Positions 37,363 to 47,117 of a stretch of DNA of 61,408 nt are shown here, in pieces. Numbering within the stretch: position 1 is the stretch's first letter; each line of letters starts with the position of its first letter. The stretch is taken from NCBI GenBank assembly GCA_049657775.1, contig JBASNZ010000085.1, positions 1 through 61,408 on the forward strand. The letters run 5' to 3'. A model generated the notes under the pieces. That model made no database searches, had not been told where the DNA came from, and saw only the letters and a list, made by a program, of their open reading frames with translations. The position numbers and the translations under genes are program-made. The stretch comes from Coriobacteriia bacterium (GTDB lineage Bacteria; Actinomycetota; Coriobacteriia; Anaerosomatales; Anaerosomataceae).

Positions 37363-37443
37363 GTACGCCCGAGGGCTTAGGTATCCTGCCACCTGAGCAG
37401 CCGAATGTCAATCGGCGGGCCCCGGGCCAGGCAAGATGTCAAC

Positions 37444-37537
37444 TGGCGGAGAGTGAGGGATTCGAACCCTCGAAGGGGCTTATAACCCCTTACTCGCTTA
37501 GCAGGCGAGCGCCTTCAGCCGACTCGGCCAACTCTCC
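37444..37537 (-). tRNA. tRNA-Ser (anticodon GCT), type II
   Basis: GGAGAGT acceptor, loop CTGCTAA, long variable arm, TTCGAAT. Confidence 0.8.
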
Positions 37538-37592
37538 GCGGGCGCCAGTGGCGCGGAAGTGATTATACACAGGACGGGCGTTCGGGGCGACT

Positions 37593-37652
37593 GTCCACCG
37601 CCATGTCCACCGCCATGCGTGTCCACCGCCATGCGTGTCCACCGCCATGCGG
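37593..37652. repeat. tandem direct repeat, about 4 copies of a 16-nt unit GTCCACCGCCATGCGT
   Basis: gtccaccgccat / gtccaccgccatgcgt x2 / gtccaccgccatgcgg immediately upstream of the SPFH gene. Confidence 0.6.
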
Positions 37653-37754
37653 GCCGGACGCGGCCGCCGGCGGTCGGGTACCCGCAGGTTCGGATTGGGT
37701 AGTGCTACTCTCGAAGAGAAACCCGGCGTCGCCCGGGGAAACGGAGGAGGAACC

Positions 37755-38531
37755 ATGACCTGGTTGGGCGTGTTCGGAATCGTCGTGTTAGGACTCGTGA
37801 TCATCGCGCTCTCCGGTCTGCGCATCGCCAGGGAGTACGAGCGAGCTGTCGTGTTCCGTCTGGGCCGCCTCATAGGGGTCAAGGGGCCGGGGCTGTACTG
37901 GCTCGTCCCGCTCGGCATCGACCAGCAGCGCAAGATCGATCTGCGCACCAACACCGTCGACGTCGAGCGGCAGGAGACTATCACCAAGGATTCGGTGACC
38001 ATCAAGGTCAACGCCGTGCTGTGGTTCAAGATCATGGACCCGGTCAAGTCGGTCGTGGAGGTCGCTAACTACTACGCCGCGACGTACCAGATCGCGCTCA
38101 CGAGTCTGCGCAACATCATCGGCCAGCACGATCTGGACGAGATCCTGAAGGAGCGCGACAAGATCTCGGCCATCCTGCAGGCGATCGTGGACAAGGCCAC
38201 CGATCCCTGGGGCATCAAGGTCGAGATGGTCGAGATGAAGGACGTTGAGCTGCCGCAGGACATGCAGCGCGCGATGGCGCAGGAAGCACAGGCGGTGCGC
38301 GAGCGCCGTGCGCGCCTGGTGAAGGCCGACGCCGAGTTCGAAGCATCCAAGAAGCTGGGAGAGGCCTCGGCGCTGCTTGCCGCGAATCCACTCTCGCTCG
38401 AACTGCGTCGCATGCAGATGATCACCGAGGTGGGTGCCGAGCAGAACACCACGACCATCATCATGATGCCGAGCGAGTTTGTAACGCTTGCCGAGAGCAT
38501 GTCCAAGAAGTTCAGGGCCGAGGGCGAGTAG
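37755..38531 (+). CDS. stomatin/prohibitin-like SPFH (band 7) membrane protein
   Basis: N-terminal TM, RAVVFRLGRLIGVKGPGLYWLVP..., SPFH core, C-terminal coiled-coil; GGAGGAGG before this ATG; the track start at 37635 lies inside the tandem repeat. Confidence 0.8.
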   Translation: MTWLGVFGIVVLGLVIIALSGLRIAREYERAVVFRLGRLIGVKGPGLYWLVPLGIDQQRKIDLRTNTVDVERQETITKDSVTIKVNAVLWFKIMDPVKSVVEVANYYAATYQIALTSLRNIIGQHDLDEILKERDKISAILQAIVDKATDPWGIKVEMVEMKDVELPQDMQRAMAQEAQAVRERRARLVKADAEFEASKKLGEASALLAANPLSLELRRMQMITEVGAEQNTTTIIMMPSEFVTLAESMSKKFRAEGE

Positions 38532-38537
38532 CGGACT

Positions 38538-39593
38538 ATGGGCCGCACAATGAAGGCGATCGTCAAGACGACGGCCGCCCCAGGCGTTTCGCTCGAAGAG
38601 GTGGCGGTTCCCGTCATCGGCTCGGGGGAGCTTCTCATCCGCATCGAGAAGGTGGCTATCTGCGGGACCGACGTGCACATCTACGAGTGGAACCCGTGGG
38701 CGCAGAAGACCATTCGCCCGCCCCAGATCCTGGGACACGAGTTCGTGGGGCACATCGCCGAGATAGGCGATGGGGTGACGGGTTTCAGCGTGGGCGAGCG
38801 CGTCTCGGGCGAAGGCCATATCGTGTGCGGGGTGTGTCGCAGCTGCCGGGCCGGACGACGTCACCTGTGCACCAACACCGTCGGCGTGGGCGTCAACCGC
38901 GATGGATGCTTCGCGGAGTACCTGGCGCTTCCCGCCACCAACGCCTGGCATCTTGCCGACTCGATCCCATCCCGGGTGGGCGCGATATTCGATCCCTTCG
39001 GTAACGCGACCCACGCCGCACTGTCGTTCGACATGGTCGGCGAGGACGTTCTCATCACCGGAGCCGGGCCCATCGGCGTCATGGCCACGGCCATCGCCAG
39101 ACACGTCGGCGCGCGAAACATCGTGATCAGCGACGTCAACGACTATCGGCTTGAGCTTGCGGGCCGCATGGGAGCGACCCGCACGGTCAACGTGAAGCGC
39201 GAGACCATACCCGAGGCCATGAAGGACCTGGGCATGGTCGGCTTCGACATCGGTCTTGAGATGAGCGGCAGTGGAGACGCGTTCGAGACCATGCTTGAAA
39301 GCATGTACAACGGAGGCCGCATCGCGCTCCTCGGCATCGCGCCGGGGCCGGTGCGGATCGACTGGGACGAAGTGGTTTTCCGTGGCCTTACGATCAAGGG
39401 CATCTATGGGCGCGAGATCTGGGAAACATGGTACAAGATGCAGACCATGCTCCAGAGCGGCCTGGACATCGAGCCCGTCATCACGCACGCGCTGCCGTTC
39501 GAAGACTACGAGGCCGGCTTTGCGGCGATGATCAGCGGCGAAAGCGGCAAGGTCGTGCTGGACGTGGGCACGACCGCCGAGGAAGGACCGTAG
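38538..39593 (+). CDS. tdh: L-threonine 3-dehydrogenase (Zn-dependent MDR family)
   Basis: [43 protein letters not shown] structural-zinc site; followed by kbl. Confidence 0.8.
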   Translation: MGRTMKAIVKTTAAPGVSLEEVAVPVIGSGELLIRIEKVAICGTDVHIYEWNPWAQKTIRPPQILGHEFVGHIAEIGDGVTGFSVGERVSGEGHIVCGVCRSCRAGRRHLCTNTVGVGVNRDGCFAEYLALPATNAWHLADSIPSRVGAIFDPFGNATHAALSFDMVGEDVLITGAGPIGVMATAIARHVGARNIVISDVNDYRLELAGRMGATRTVNVKRETIPEAMKDLGMVGFDIGLEMSGSGDAFETMLESMYNGGRIALLGIAPGPVRIDWDEVVFRGLTIKGIYGREIWETWYKMQTMLQSGLDIEPVITHALPFEDYEAGFAAMISGESGKVVLDVGTTAEEGP

Positions 39594-39677
39594 AGGGTCG
39601 CATGCCCCACGCGCGGCGGCCCGCTCATCGGCTGGTACCAACTCACTTGCAGTGATTCGATCCACCGGAGGCACGAG

Positions 39678-40883
39678 ATGTTCGGAGAGATGCGCGATAC
39701 CCTGCAGACCGAGATCAAGGCGCTTGTTCAGGCGAGCCTGTACAAGTCCGAACGCGTGATCGCCTCAGCGCAGGGCTCGACGATCCTGGTAGACACCCCG
39801 GGTGCGGACCGGCCGCGGGAGGTCGTCAACTTCTGCGCGAACAACTACCTCGGCCTGGCAAACGATGCCCGCGTGGTGGCAGCCGCACACGCCGCGCTCG
39901 ACCGGTGGGGGTTCGGGACCTCCTCGGTACGGTTCATCTGCGGCACGTTCGACGTTCACAAGGAACTGGAGGCGCGCGTCTCGGAATTCCTGGGTACCGA
40001 GGACACGATCCTGTACTCGTCGTGCTTTGACGCCAACGGCGGCTTCTTCGAGCCGTTCTTTGGCCGCGAGGACGCGATCATCGCGGACTCGCTCAACCAC
40101 GCGTCGGTGATCGACGGCGTGCGGCTGACAAAGGCGCAGCGGCTTATCTACGCGCACTCCGATATGGCCGATCTGCGCGCCAAACTGGAGGAAGCGAGCG
40201 CCGCACGGTTCCGGGTGATCGCCACCGACGGCGTGTTCTCGATGGACGGCGACATCGCCGATCTGGCGTCCATCTGCGATCTGGCCGATGAGTTCGGTGC
40301 GCTTGTGATGGTGGACGACTCGCACGCGACCGGATTCGTCGGCGCCACCGGACGGGGCACTCCCGAGTACTGCGGCGTCACCGACCGCGTGGACGTGGTG
40401 ACCACCACGTTCGGCAAAGCGCTGGGCGGTGCGTCCGGCGGGTGCCTGAGCGGGCGCCGCGAGATCGTGGAGTGGCTCCGCCAGAAGAGCCGCCCGTACC
40501 TGTTCTCCAACACGCTCGCGCCGGTGGTGGCGGCCACCACAGTGGCCGTCTTGGATCTGCTGTCCGACACGACCGACCTTCGTGACCGGCTGGAGGCCAG
40601 CACGTACCGCTTCCGCGAACGGATGACCGCGGCCGGGTTCGACATCCGCCCCGGCGTACACCCGATCGTACCCGTGATGCTCTACGACGAGGCGCTCGCG
40701 CACCGGATGGCGGATGCGATGCTCGATGAGGGCATCTACGTGATCGGATTCAGCTACCCCGTGGTACCGAAGGGAGCCGCACGCATCCGCGTGCAGGTCT
40801 CGGCGGCGCACACTGACGAGCAACTCGATCGCGCGGTAGACGCCTTCATCCGCGTGGGCAGCAGCATGGGGGTTATCGGCTAG
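39678..40883 (+). CDS. kbl: 2-amino-3-ketobutyrate CoA ligase (glycine C-acetyltransferase)
   Basis: PLP aminotransferase class II fold, [49 protein letters not shown]. Confidence 0.85.
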   Translation: MFGEMRDTLQTEIKALVQASLYKSERVIASAQGSTILVDTPGADRPREVVNFCANNYLGLANDARVVAAAHAALDRWGFGTSSVRFICGTFDVHKELEARVSEFLGTEDTILYSSCFDANGGFFEPFFGREDAIIADSLNHASVIDGVRLTKAQRLIYAHSDMADLRAKLEEASAARFRVIATDGVFSMDGDIADLASICDLADEFGALVMVDDSHATGFVGATGRGTPEYCGVTDRVDVVTTTFGKALGGASGGCLSGRREIVEWLRQKSRPYLFSNTLAPVVAATTVAVLDLLSDTTDLRDRLEASTYRFRERMTAAGFDIRPGVHPIVPVMLYDEALAHRMADAMLDEGIYVIGFSYPVVPKGAARIRVQVSAAHTDEQLDRAVDAFIRVGSSMGVIG

Positions 40884-40910
40884 AGACCTCAACGATCTAG
40901 AGGAGCACAC

Positions 40911-41309
40911 GTGACCAGGAACACGCATACCAGCTCGAGCGGCCCGGCCGCGATCGGCCCGTACTCCCACGGTGTTTGGGCGGGTGACACGCTGTTCCTC
41001 TCGGGGCAGACACCCATCGACCCGGCAACAGGCGCGCTCGTGCCGGGCGGGATAGCCGAGCAGACAGCGCAGGTCTTCGACAACATCGAGGCTGTGCTGG
41101 GCGACACCGGCCTATCACTCGACGACGTCGTCAAGTGCAACGTCTTCCTCACAACGATGGACGACTTTCCGGCCATGAACGCGGAGTACGGCAGTCGGTT
41201 CGTCGAGCCGTTCCCCGCGCGTTCCACGGTCGCCGTTGCCGGGTTGCCGCTCGGAGCGCGAGTAGAGATCGAACTTGTAGCCACCAGGCCGGAAACGACG
41301 ACTGGCTGA
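40911..41309 (+). CDS. ridA: RidA/YjgF family reactive-intermediate deaminase
   Basis: AIGPYSHGVWAGDTLFLSGQTPIDP...VKCNVFLTTMDDFPAMN...RSTVAVAGLPLGARVEIE. Confidence 0.8.
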   Translation: MTRNTHTSSSGPAAIGPYSHGVWAGDTLFLSGQTPIDPATGALVPGGIAEQTAQVFDNIEAVLGDTGLSLDDVVKCNVFLTTMDDFPAMNAEYGSRFVEPFPARSTVAVAGLPLGARVEIELVATRPETTTG

Positions 41310-41335
41310 GGCACACTACCTGGGATGTGTTGCGC

Positions 41336-42421
41336 ATGAAGGATCAAGACACGGCGGTCGTGTTCTGCGAGGGCAATTTCGGCACGGACGACGGCAAGAC
41401 GGCACATGGTCTGGTCCGCCATTCCGACAAGTACGCGATCGTGTCGGTGATCGATAGCACCAAGGCGGGGCTCGACGCCGGCGAGGCTCTCGGCGAGGCG
41501 CCGAACGGGATCCCGATCTGCGCGGACCTAGATGATGCGATCGCGCACGCTGAGAGCCAGCCCGGCTTCTTCATCTTAGGGATGGCACCTTCCGGCGGAA
41601 TGCTCTCGCCGGTCGAGCGCGGCGTCGTGCTCGATGCCATCAGCCGGGGGATGAATGTCATCAACGGCCTCCACGAGTTCCTCAACGACGATCCTGAGTT
41701 TGCGGCAGCGGCCGAGGCGCACAACGTGACGATCACCGACATCCGGCACCCGCGCGACAAGAAGCACCTCCGCATGTTCACCGGCCGCATCTCCTCGGTC
41801 ACGTGTCCTCGGATCGCGGTGCTCGGCACCGATAGCGCGATCGGCAAGCGGACGACTGCGATGATCCTCACGCGGGCACTGAACGCCCGCGGAATCAAAG
41901 CCGTCATGGTCGGTACCGGGCAGACAAGCCTCATCCAGGGCGTCCAGTACGGCGTGGCGCTCGACGCCATCCCGTGCCAGTTCGGGTCGGGCGAGATGGA
42001 GTCCACGGTGGTGGAGGCGTTCGAGGGCGAGCATCCGGACGTGATCATCATCGAGGGCCAGGGCGCGCTCAGCCATCCGGCCTACGTGTCATCGACGTTC
42101 ATCCTGCGGGGGAGTCGACCAGATGCGGTCATCTTGCAGCACGCTCCCGCACGGGCGGCGCTGGGCGATTTCCCCGACGTGCCGATGCCGACGCCCGCAA
42201 GCGAGATCCACCTGCTCCAAACCTTCGCCGACACTCGTGTCATCGGCCTGACGATCAACCACGAGCACATGTCAGAGACCGAGATCGACGACGCCATCAG
42301 CCGATACGAGTCCGAGCTGGGAATCCCCGTGAGCGATGCGCTCGCCCGCCCGGAAGTCCGGCTGGTGGACATGGTCTTAGCGGCGTTTCCCGAGCTTGAG
42401 AGACGGCTACTGGGTAGGTAG
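41336..42421 (+). CDS. DUF1611-family protein (COG3367; the family that includes the D-glutamate N-acetyltransferase DgcN)
   Basis: N-terminus VVFCEGNFGTDDGKTAHGLVRHSDKYAIVSVIDS and P-loop-like AVLGTDSAIGKRTTA typical of DUF1611; the track ORF start is an upstream extension. Confidence 0.55.
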   Translation: MKDQDTAVVFCEGNFGTDDGKTAHGLVRHSDKYAIVSVIDSTKAGLDAGEALGEAPNGIPICADLDDAIAHAESQPGFFILGMAPSGGMLSPVERGVVLDAISRGMNVINGLHEFLNDDPEFAAAAEAHNVTITDIRHPRDKKHLRMFTGRISSVTCPRIAVLGTDSAIGKRTTAMILTRALNARGIKAVMVGTGQTSLIQGVQYGVALDAIPCQFGSGEMESTVVEAFEGEHPDVIIIEGQGALSHPAYVSSTFILRGSRPDAVILQHAPARAALGDFPDVPMPTPASEIHLLQTFADTRVIGLTINHEHMSETEIDDAISRYESELGIPVSDALARPEVRLVDMVLAAFPELERRLLGR

Positions 42422-43336
42422 TTGAGCGCGGAGGAACTCGAAGGCGTTGGAGAACGCGAACTTCTCGGCGAGGGCGGGACCGTAGTGGGCGCCGATAGCG
42501 TCGAGCAGTCCACCTAGTGAGGCGTGATCGCCGATCTCACCCATGGCGGCCACACCCCAGTCACTCCCGATCGACACGGAGTCCTCCCCACTTACTGCCG
42601 CGATCCGGTCGATGTGGCGCAGTGCCTCATCGATGGAGCCGCGGCCCAGGAAGTCCGGGTCGAAGGCGAGACCGATCAGTCCCCCGTGTGCCCCGAGTGC
42701 GCGCAGCTGGTCGTCGGTGAGGCCCCTGGGATGGTCCCCGATCGCACGACAGAACGAGTGGGTCACGAGTACCGGCGACGTGTACAGATCGAGGGCCTCG
42801 AAGAAGCCGGCCCCGTTGAGGTGGGCAAGGTCGAGGAAGAGCGGACTCTCTGCCAGGGCCATGACCAGTCTACGGCCGGCGGGTTTGAGTGGCGCCGCGC
42901 CGTCGTCGTAGCAGCTGAATCCGTAGTCGGTCTCATAGTTCCAGGTCAACGACAGGCTACGCAGGGAGTGCTCGGTCCACAGCAGGTCGAGTGCGTCGGG
43001 TTCGATCGCGGGCAGGTTGAAGCCCTCCGAGTGGGGCAGGACCCCCGTGCGGCCGTCCTCTGCATCCAGATCCTCGACGGTCGTGACAAGGCATAGGGCC
43101 GAGTCGTTGGACCGAAGCAGTCCCTGGTGCGCCTCGAGTTGCTCGAGCAGGTGACTCTCGGGACTGTGCGGGTAGAGCGATGACCAGACTGCGGCAGCGT
43201 GTGACGAGCCGGTCAGGTAGCTCGCGCCATAGGTGGGAAAGTCGCCGTTGAGCTGCGCCACACCGGACAGCATGTCCTGGTGCAGGTCGATGAACCGGGT
43301 CTTGTGAAGCCTGGTGTGCGGCAGCACCACGTGCAC
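42407..43336 (-). CDS. membrane dipeptidase, peptidase family M19 (renal dipeptidase-like)
   Basis: N-terminal DLHQDML (HxD metal ligands) and overall M19 pattern; convergent with the DUF1611 gene. Confidence 0.65.
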   Translation of the reverse strand: MHVVLPHTRLHKTRFIDLHQDMLSGVAQLNGDFPTYGASYLTGSSHAAAVWSSLYPHSPESHLLEQLEAHQGLLRSNDSALCLVTTVEDLDAEDGRTGVLPHSEGFNLPAIEPDALDLLWTEHSLRSLSLTWNYETDYGFSCYDDGAAPLKPAGRRLVMALAESPLFLDLAHLNGAGFFEALDLYTSPVLVTHSFCRAIGDHPRGLTDDQLRALGAHGGLIGLAFDPDFLGRGSIDEALRHIDRIAAVSGEDSVSIGSDWGVAAMGEIGDHASLGGLLDAIGAHYGPALAEKFAFSNAFEFLRAQLPTQ

Positions 43337-43422
43337 CTGCGCAGTCTCTCGCTCTCGACATCTCCCCGCTCTGCACTGTGTCTAGCGAAAAGGGTTCCAA
43401 CCTCCCGGCGGGTTGCGTCTGC

Positions 43423-43510
43423 TGGCGGAGGGGGTGGGATTCGAACCCACGAGCCCTTGCGGGCCAACGGTTTTCAAGACCGTCGCATTCAACCACTCTG
43501 CCACCCCTCC
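43423..43510 (-). tRNA. tRNA-Ser (anticodon TGA), type II
   Basis: GGAGGGG-TG-GCA...; loop CTTGAAA; long variable arm; CCA encoded. Confidence 0.8.
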
Positions 43511-43572
43511 GCGGGTGACCACCGTGTCGCACAAGGCGCGCTCACCGGCGGCGTTAGTGTAGCATCAGCACC

Positions 43573-44034
43573 ATGGAGGCCGACACCACATACATGGCGC
43601 TGGCGCTTGACGAGGCTCGCATCGCCGGCGGGGCCGGCGAGGTGCCTATCGGCGCCATCGTGGTCTGCGACGGGGCGGTGGTGTCCCGGGCCCACAACAC
43701 GCGCGAGACTGACACCGACCCCACCGCTCACGCTGAGCTCGTCGCGATCCGCGAGGCATCGCAGCGCCTGAAGCGGTGGCGCCTGTCTGACTGCACCGTG
43801 TACGTCACCCTGGAGCCGTGTCCCATGTGTGCCGGCGCGATGCACCAGGCGCGCATCGAGCGGCTTGTCTACGGAGCGCCCGATCCCAAAGCCGGCGCGG
43901 TGGGCACACTCTACGACCTCTCCAGTGACGATCGGCTCAACCATCGCTTCGCCGTGACGAGCGGCGTTCTGGCCGAGGAGAGCGCCGCGCTACTGAAGGC
44001 GTTCTTCGGGAGACTCCGCACCAAGACCGAGTGA
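43573..44034 (+). CDS. tadA: tRNA-specific adenosine deaminase
   Basis: HAELVAIREA (HAE) and PCPMCAGA zinc-binding motifs; 153 aa. Confidence 0.85.
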   Translation: MEADTTYMALALDEARIAGGAGEVPIGAIVVCDGAVVSRAHNTRETDTDPTAHAELVAIREASQRLKRWRLSDCTVYVTLEPCPMCAGAMHQARIERLVYGAPDPKAGAVGTLYDLSSDDRLNHRFAVTSGVLAEESAALLKAFFGRLRTKTE

Positions 44035-44122
44035 TCCAGCGCACTACCGTTGAGTGTCCTGACGTGACGGCCGACACTACGAATGTTGCACGTTCGTCCG
44101 ATATACGGTTGCATGAGGCGGA

Positions 44123-44632
44123 ATGCGCGGCCAGAAGAACGGGAGAGCGTCAGTGAACCCTGGACGAACGGTAGTTGTTGCGGCAGCGCTCACAATCGCG
44201 CTGCCCTCCGCGGCGTACGCCAACGAGATCACTCCGGTGCAGGAGGGCGTGAGCACCGTCTCCGGGGTCTTTGCGCTCGTGATCGCAGCGGTGCTCCTGG
44301 TTGAGATGCTGTCGCTTGCAAAACTCGCTTCTGGCTCCGCGATCGCCAACAACATCACGTACGCTGTTCTTGCGGTCGCGTGCCTGGCCACGTCCGTACT
44401 TGTCGGCTGGATCGCCCGCTACGTTCCGGCCGGATTCACCTCTGAGCAGGCGCGGCTGGGCGCCGATCTGCTCGCCCTCGCCGCCATGGTGCTGTTCCTT
44501 GTGTACTTCCTCCGCGTGAGGCGAGCGATGTCCAGGTTTCTAAGACGCCTCTCGGGAATGGAGCAGGACATGGTAGGCGCGCTCGATCCCGACACCGATC
44601 TCGAGGTACCGGGAGAGGACACCGTTGGCTAA
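44123..44632 (+). CDS. hypothetical membrane protein with signal peptide
   Basis: Signal-like VVAAALTIALPSAAYA then 3 TM helices; no motif recognised. Confidence 0.4.
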   Translation: MRGQKNGRASVNPGRTVVVAAALTIALPSAAYANEITPVQEGVSTVSGVFALVIAAVLLVEMLSLAKLASGSAIANNITYAVLAVACLATSVLVGWIARYVPAGFTSEQARLGADLLALAAMVLFLVYFLRVRRAMSRFLRRLSGMEQDMVGALDPDTDLEVPGEDTVG

Positions 44633-44855
44633 CCTTCTGGCCCAGCGTATCGAAGAGGTGATCCGTCCCATTGTGGGAACGGTGCTGGCCACGGTGTCCG
44701 TCGATCTGGAATCGAAGCGCATCGGGAAGAACCCCGAGACGATCACGCGCCTTGACTTACCCGACATCGCGGACAACCTGGCCCAGCAGTTGCGACTGGT
44801 CGTTGGGCCCGATCTTGCGGGTGCCGCCGCGCAGAAGGTTCGGGAACTGGCCTAG
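44625..44855 (+). CDS. small hypothetical protein (76 aa, TTG start)
   Basis: ORF overlapping the previous stop by 8 nt; weak evidence. Confidence 0.25.
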   Translation: MANLLAQRIEEVIRPIVGTVLATVSVDLESKRIGKNPETITRLDLPDIADNLAQQLRLVVGPDLAGAAAQKVRELA

Positions 44856-45003
44856 GTATCCGCACTGATGGTCCCGGTACTTCTGCTCTCGCAAGGTCCC
44901 TGCAGATCCCGGTCCGTCATCCGGACGCCCGCCTGTAGTGTGATTGCCGCGACGGCCGCACGTGGGTATACTCGCGTTTGCGCCGCGCGCCAGCGCAGGA
45001 ACT

Positions 45004-45096
45004 GGAGAGTTGTCCGAGTGGTTGAAGGAGCACGACTGGAAATCGTGTGTGCGGTGTTGAACCGTACCCAGGGTTCGAATCCCTGACTCTCCGCCA
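45004..45096 (+). tRNA. tRNA-Ser (anticodon GGA), type II
   Basis: GGAGAGT-TG-TCC...; anticodon stem CACGA/TCGTG, loop CTGGAAA; TATACT -10-like box about 30 nt upstream. Confidence 0.8.
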
Positions 45097-45129
45097 GAAA
45101 CGTAGACCGGCTCAAGCCGGAGACATATC

Positions 45130-45175
45130 GCAGATACACAACGGCCGGCCCTCGGGTCGGCCGTTGTGTATCTGC
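45130..45175. terminator. 17-bp perfect hairpin between the convergent tRNA-Ser and GH13 genes
   Basis: CAGATACACAACGGCCGG-ccctcggg-tCGGCCGTTGTGTATCTG. Confidence 0.5.
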
Positions 45176-45190
45176 GGGGACCTGCGCCTG

Positions 45191-46816
45191 TCACGTCTGT
45201 TCGAGGATGAGCGCCTCGTTCGGCTGTAGCGTCAGTTCGCAGCTGCGTTCGAGCCCCTCGGAGGAGTGGGTCGAAAGCACGGTCTTCCACGTGCGCCCGC
45301 TGCCCACGCTCTCAGGGATCCTCACGTCGGCCTTTCGCGAGCTGAAGTTGAGCAGCACGGCCAGCCGTTCGTTACCGGAGCCTCGGGCATATGCGAACAC
45401 CGTGCTTGGCCCGACGTCGAGTCCCCGGTACGTGCCCTCCGCCAGCGCTCGCTTCTCCCTCCGGAGGTGGATCAGTCGGCGGTACCAGCTGAAGAGTGAA
45501 TCGGCCGTGCCTTGTTGGGCCTCCACGTTGCGGGTTGTGTACGAACCGTCCACCGGGAGCCAGGGCGTGCCCGTGGTGAAGCCCGCGTTCTTCTCGCCGT
45601 TCCACTGCATCGGAGTGCGGCAGCCATCCCTGCTCACGCCGAGCGGCCAAAACTTGGGACCCAAGGGGTCGTTCATCTTCCGTCGCGGAACGATGCTCTC
45701 GGGCATGCCGATCTCTTCGCCGTAGTAGATGATGGGTGTTCCGCGTAGCGTCAGCAGCATCGCGGCCGCAACCTTGGCTCGCGCCTCGGCAACTCCACGC
45801 GCGCCAAGTCGCGTGAAGGCGCGTGTGAGGTCGTGATTGTTGAGGTAGTAGCAGGGCCATCCGCCAGGCGGCAGGTTCTGCTCCAGCCATTCGACCGAGC
45901 CGCGGAATCCCGCAGCGCTCCACTTCTGCCGGATGAAGTCGAGGTAGAACGACAGGTGCAGCCGGTCGGTGCCGTCGCCGAGGTACGCGATGCAGTCCTC
46001 CGGTCTGTCCGAGCATACCTCACCCATGAGCGCCCGGTCGCCGTGCTCATCGGCGAGTCGTCGAAGATCTCGGGCGACCTCGAGGCTCTCGGGCTGCGAG
46101 AAGTCGTGCAGATGCTTCTGCGCCAGGTAGGGGCGCAGGCCGAACAGCCGCCCGGGATTGTCTCGGAGTTGCTCGTCCTCGTACAGGAAGTTGATGAGGT
46201 CCAGGCGGAAGCCGTCGACACCCTTGTCCAGCCAGTACCGAACCACCCCGAGCATCTCCCGGCGTACCTCGGGATTGCGCCAGTTGAGGTCGGGCTGGAA
46301 GGGGAGGAATGCGTGGTAGTAGTACTGCCCGCTGTCGTCGTCGTACTGCCAGGCGCTTCCCTCGACCACGGCGAGCCAGTCGTTGGGAGGCTTGCCCGGC
46401 GTCCGTCCGTCCCGCCAGATGTACCAGTCGCGCCGGGGATTGTCGCGCGAGCTCTTAGACTCGACGAACCAGGGGTGCTCCGATGAGGTGTGGTTGAGAA
46501 CCAGGTCCATCATCACGCGCATGCCCCGCTCGTGGCACGCGGTCAGCAGCTCCTCGAAATCCTGCATAGAGCCAAAGCCCGGGTTGATCGAGTAGTAGTC
46601 GCTGACGTCGTAACCGAAGTCGCCCAGAGGAGATGCGTTGATCGGCGTGAGCCAGATGGCATCCACTCCCAGAGACGAGGTCGTTCCGCCATTGAGGTAG
46701 TCGAGCTTGTCGATGATCCCGCGAAGATCGCCCCTGCCGTCGCCGTCGGAGTCGGCGAAGCTGGGCACGGCGATCTGGTAGATGACGCCGGTCTTCCACC
46801 ACGGCGATCCTGGCAT
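45191..46816 (-). CDS. GH13 alpha-glucosidase / oligo-1,6-glucosidase-like alpha-amylase-family enzyme
   Basis: WWKTGVIYQIAVPSFADSDGDGRGDLRGIIDKLDYL, DLVLNHTSSEHPWF, GFRLDLINF, EVCS, YLNNHD catalytic regions; internal ATG with GGGGTG ribosome-binding site (track start is an extension). Confidence 0.8.
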   Translation of the reverse strand: MPGSPWWKTGVIYQIAVPSFADSDGDGRGDLRGIIDKLDYLNGGTTSSLGVDAIWLTPINASPLGDFGYDVSDYYSINPGFGSMQDFEELLTACHERGMRVMMDLVLNHTSSEHPWFVESKSSRDNPRRDWYIWRDGRTPGKPPNDWLAVVEGSAWQYDDDSGQYYYHAFLPFQPDLNWRNPEVRREMLGVVRYWLDKGVDGFRLDLINFLYEDEQLRDNPGRLFGLRPYLAQKHLHDFSQPESLEVARDLRRLADEHGDRALMGEVCSDRPEDCIAYLGDGTDRLHLSFYLDFIRQKWSAAGFRGSVEWLEQNLPPGGWPCYYLNNHDLTRAFTRLGARGVAEARAKVAAAMLLTLRGTPIIYYGEEIGMPESIVPRRKMNDPLGPKFWPLGVSRDGCRTPMQWNGEKNAGFTTGTPWLPVDGSYTTRNVEAQQGTADSLFSWYRRLIHLRREKRALAEGTYRGLDVGPSTVFAYARGSGNERLAVLLNFSSRKADVRIPESVGSGRTWKTVLSTHSSEGLERSCELTLQPNEALILEQT

Positions 46817-47024
46817 CTCACACCCCACTTTCGGCCCCATACTACTCCTACGCGGAGAACCGGGATGCACCGTCGGCCAGGGCATATGCGGGGGTACAAG
46901 CCCGAGTCTCGTCCCGCACTGTCCGGTCGTCGCCACGCCTTCAGGACCAGCCGCCGCCTCACGTACGCGAGACGTGCTAAACTACCGTCTCGCGGCGCCC
47001 GAACAGGCGCGCAAGCACCCCTGC

Positions 47025-47117
47025 GGAGGGGTGGCAGAGTGGTTGAATGCGGCAGTCTCGGAAACTGTTTAGCGGGTATCCCCCGTTACGAGGGTTCGAA
47101 TCCCTCCCCCTCCGCCA
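47025..47117 (+). tRNA. type II (Ser-like) tRNA whose anticodon loop reads CTCGGAA, i.e. anticodon CGG (Pro) as I read it; a canonical tRNA-Ser(CGA) if position 36 is A
   Basis: Acceptor and D arm nearly identical to the tRNA-Ser(TGA) in this window; long variable arm; anticodon stem GCAGT/ACTGT; loop C-T-C-G-G-A-A. Confidence 0.6.

Noticed and set aside
37788-39674. 628-aa ORF on the minus strand
   Set aside because: Antisense to the SPFH and tdh genes, which have clear family signatures. No motifs; Arg/Ala/Gly-rich composition typical of GC-driven spurious ORFs.
39765-40970. 401-aa minus-strand ORF
   Set aside because: Antisense to kbl (PLP aminotransferase signatures clear); spurious.
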